From positions 1-5,870 of the IMG/VR virus record IMGVR_UViG_2751185972_000009: DNA of 5,870 nucleotides. One strand, written 5' to 3'. The notes beneath the pieces were generated by a model that saw nothing but the letters and a program-made list of their open reading frames with translations, had not been told where the DNA came from and did not search any database. Shown here piece by piece: positions 5,656-5,870 of this stretch. The position numbers and the translations under genes were made by a program. The stretch comes from a virus (Duplodnaviria; Heunggongvirae; Uroviricota; Caudoviricetes). Positions within the stretch are counted from its first letter, which is position 1, and every line of letters begins with the position of its first letter.

Positions 5656-5852
5656 AAACAGTTTTCCCGTAAAATGCCACGTTGCTCATAATTCAGGCTG
5701 GCGATTATTGTCTGGCCGGCGGGAAGTTTGTTAAAAAATTTCGCATGGTGAATCCCCCTGTGCGGAGGGGTAATCAGCGAGTAGGTATATGGGATAATCG
5801 CGGATTCAGGTGCTGGTACTGAATTCACCGGGAGGCACCCGGCACCATGCAA
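5656..5852 (+). repeat. Copy 2 of the ~200-bp diverged direct repeat; core 5743..5850
   Basis: Same conserved blocks as copy 1. GCATGGTG at 5743..5750 and CACCATGC at 5843..5850. Hairpins P2 (CCCCT/AGGGG), P4 (GGATTCAG/CTGAATTC) and P5 (CCGGG/CCCGG) are at equivalent positions. Confidence 0.6.
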
Positions 5853-5870
5853 TGGCACATAGCGCCACTC

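Noticed and set aside
5188-5852. CRISPR array or retron msr/msd as an explanation for the repeated structured elements
   Set aside because: Only two copies, about 200 bp each and 467 bp apart, which is not CRISPR-like. The flanking inverted repeats resemble retron a1/a2, but no reverse-transcriptase ORF is present on either strand in the window.
5646-5858. 70-aa - strand ORF from the six-frame track
   Set aside because: It lies antisense to repeat copy 2, whose G:U-containing helices indicate + strand function. No RBS was identified and the composition is not protein-like.
5040-5870. Possible Shiga toxin (stxA/stxB) genes downstream of the Q-tRNA cluster, as in Stx-converting phages
   Set aside because: No ORF of suitable size or sequence exists in this interval. 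The only track ORFs are 89 and 70 aa and bear no resemblance to the StxA N-terminus. The window does not contain stx; it may lie beyond the window or be absent.

Overview
This window reads as the nin/late-regulatory region of a lambdoid prophage of the enterobacterial (E. coli O157-like) type, on the + strand, with an IS element at its left edge. All family names are recalled from memory and motif inspection; no database search was run. From left to right: (1) the end of an IS3-family (IS629-like) element on the - strand, terminus at 376, which appears to have cut off the 5' part of a + strand gene (in-frame remnant 377..550). (2) A tightly packed + strand operon: a 92-aa hypothetical ORF, a DUF968/YdfU-like protein with a C-terminal Cys/His (HNH-like) cluster, a RusA Holliday-junction resolvase, and a lambda-type Q antiterminator. 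(3) Immediately after Q, a late promoter with near-identity to lambda pR' (-10 TAAATT, transcript start ACGATGGG) and a hairpin/T-tract terminator. (4) A 65-aa winged-helix-like ORF and a beta-class DNA methyltransferase (DPPY then FxGxG). (5) A tRNA cluster: tRNA-Ile2(CAU), tRNA-Arg(UCG), and what looks like only the 5' half of a tRNA-Arg(UCU). (6) About 830 bp with no convincing ORF that holds two diverged ~200-bp direct repeats, each with the same stem-loop architecture. No stx gene is present in the window. The repeat pair is the most interesting unexplained signal: it could be a paralogous structured sRNA or a structured 5' leader that sequesters a start codon.
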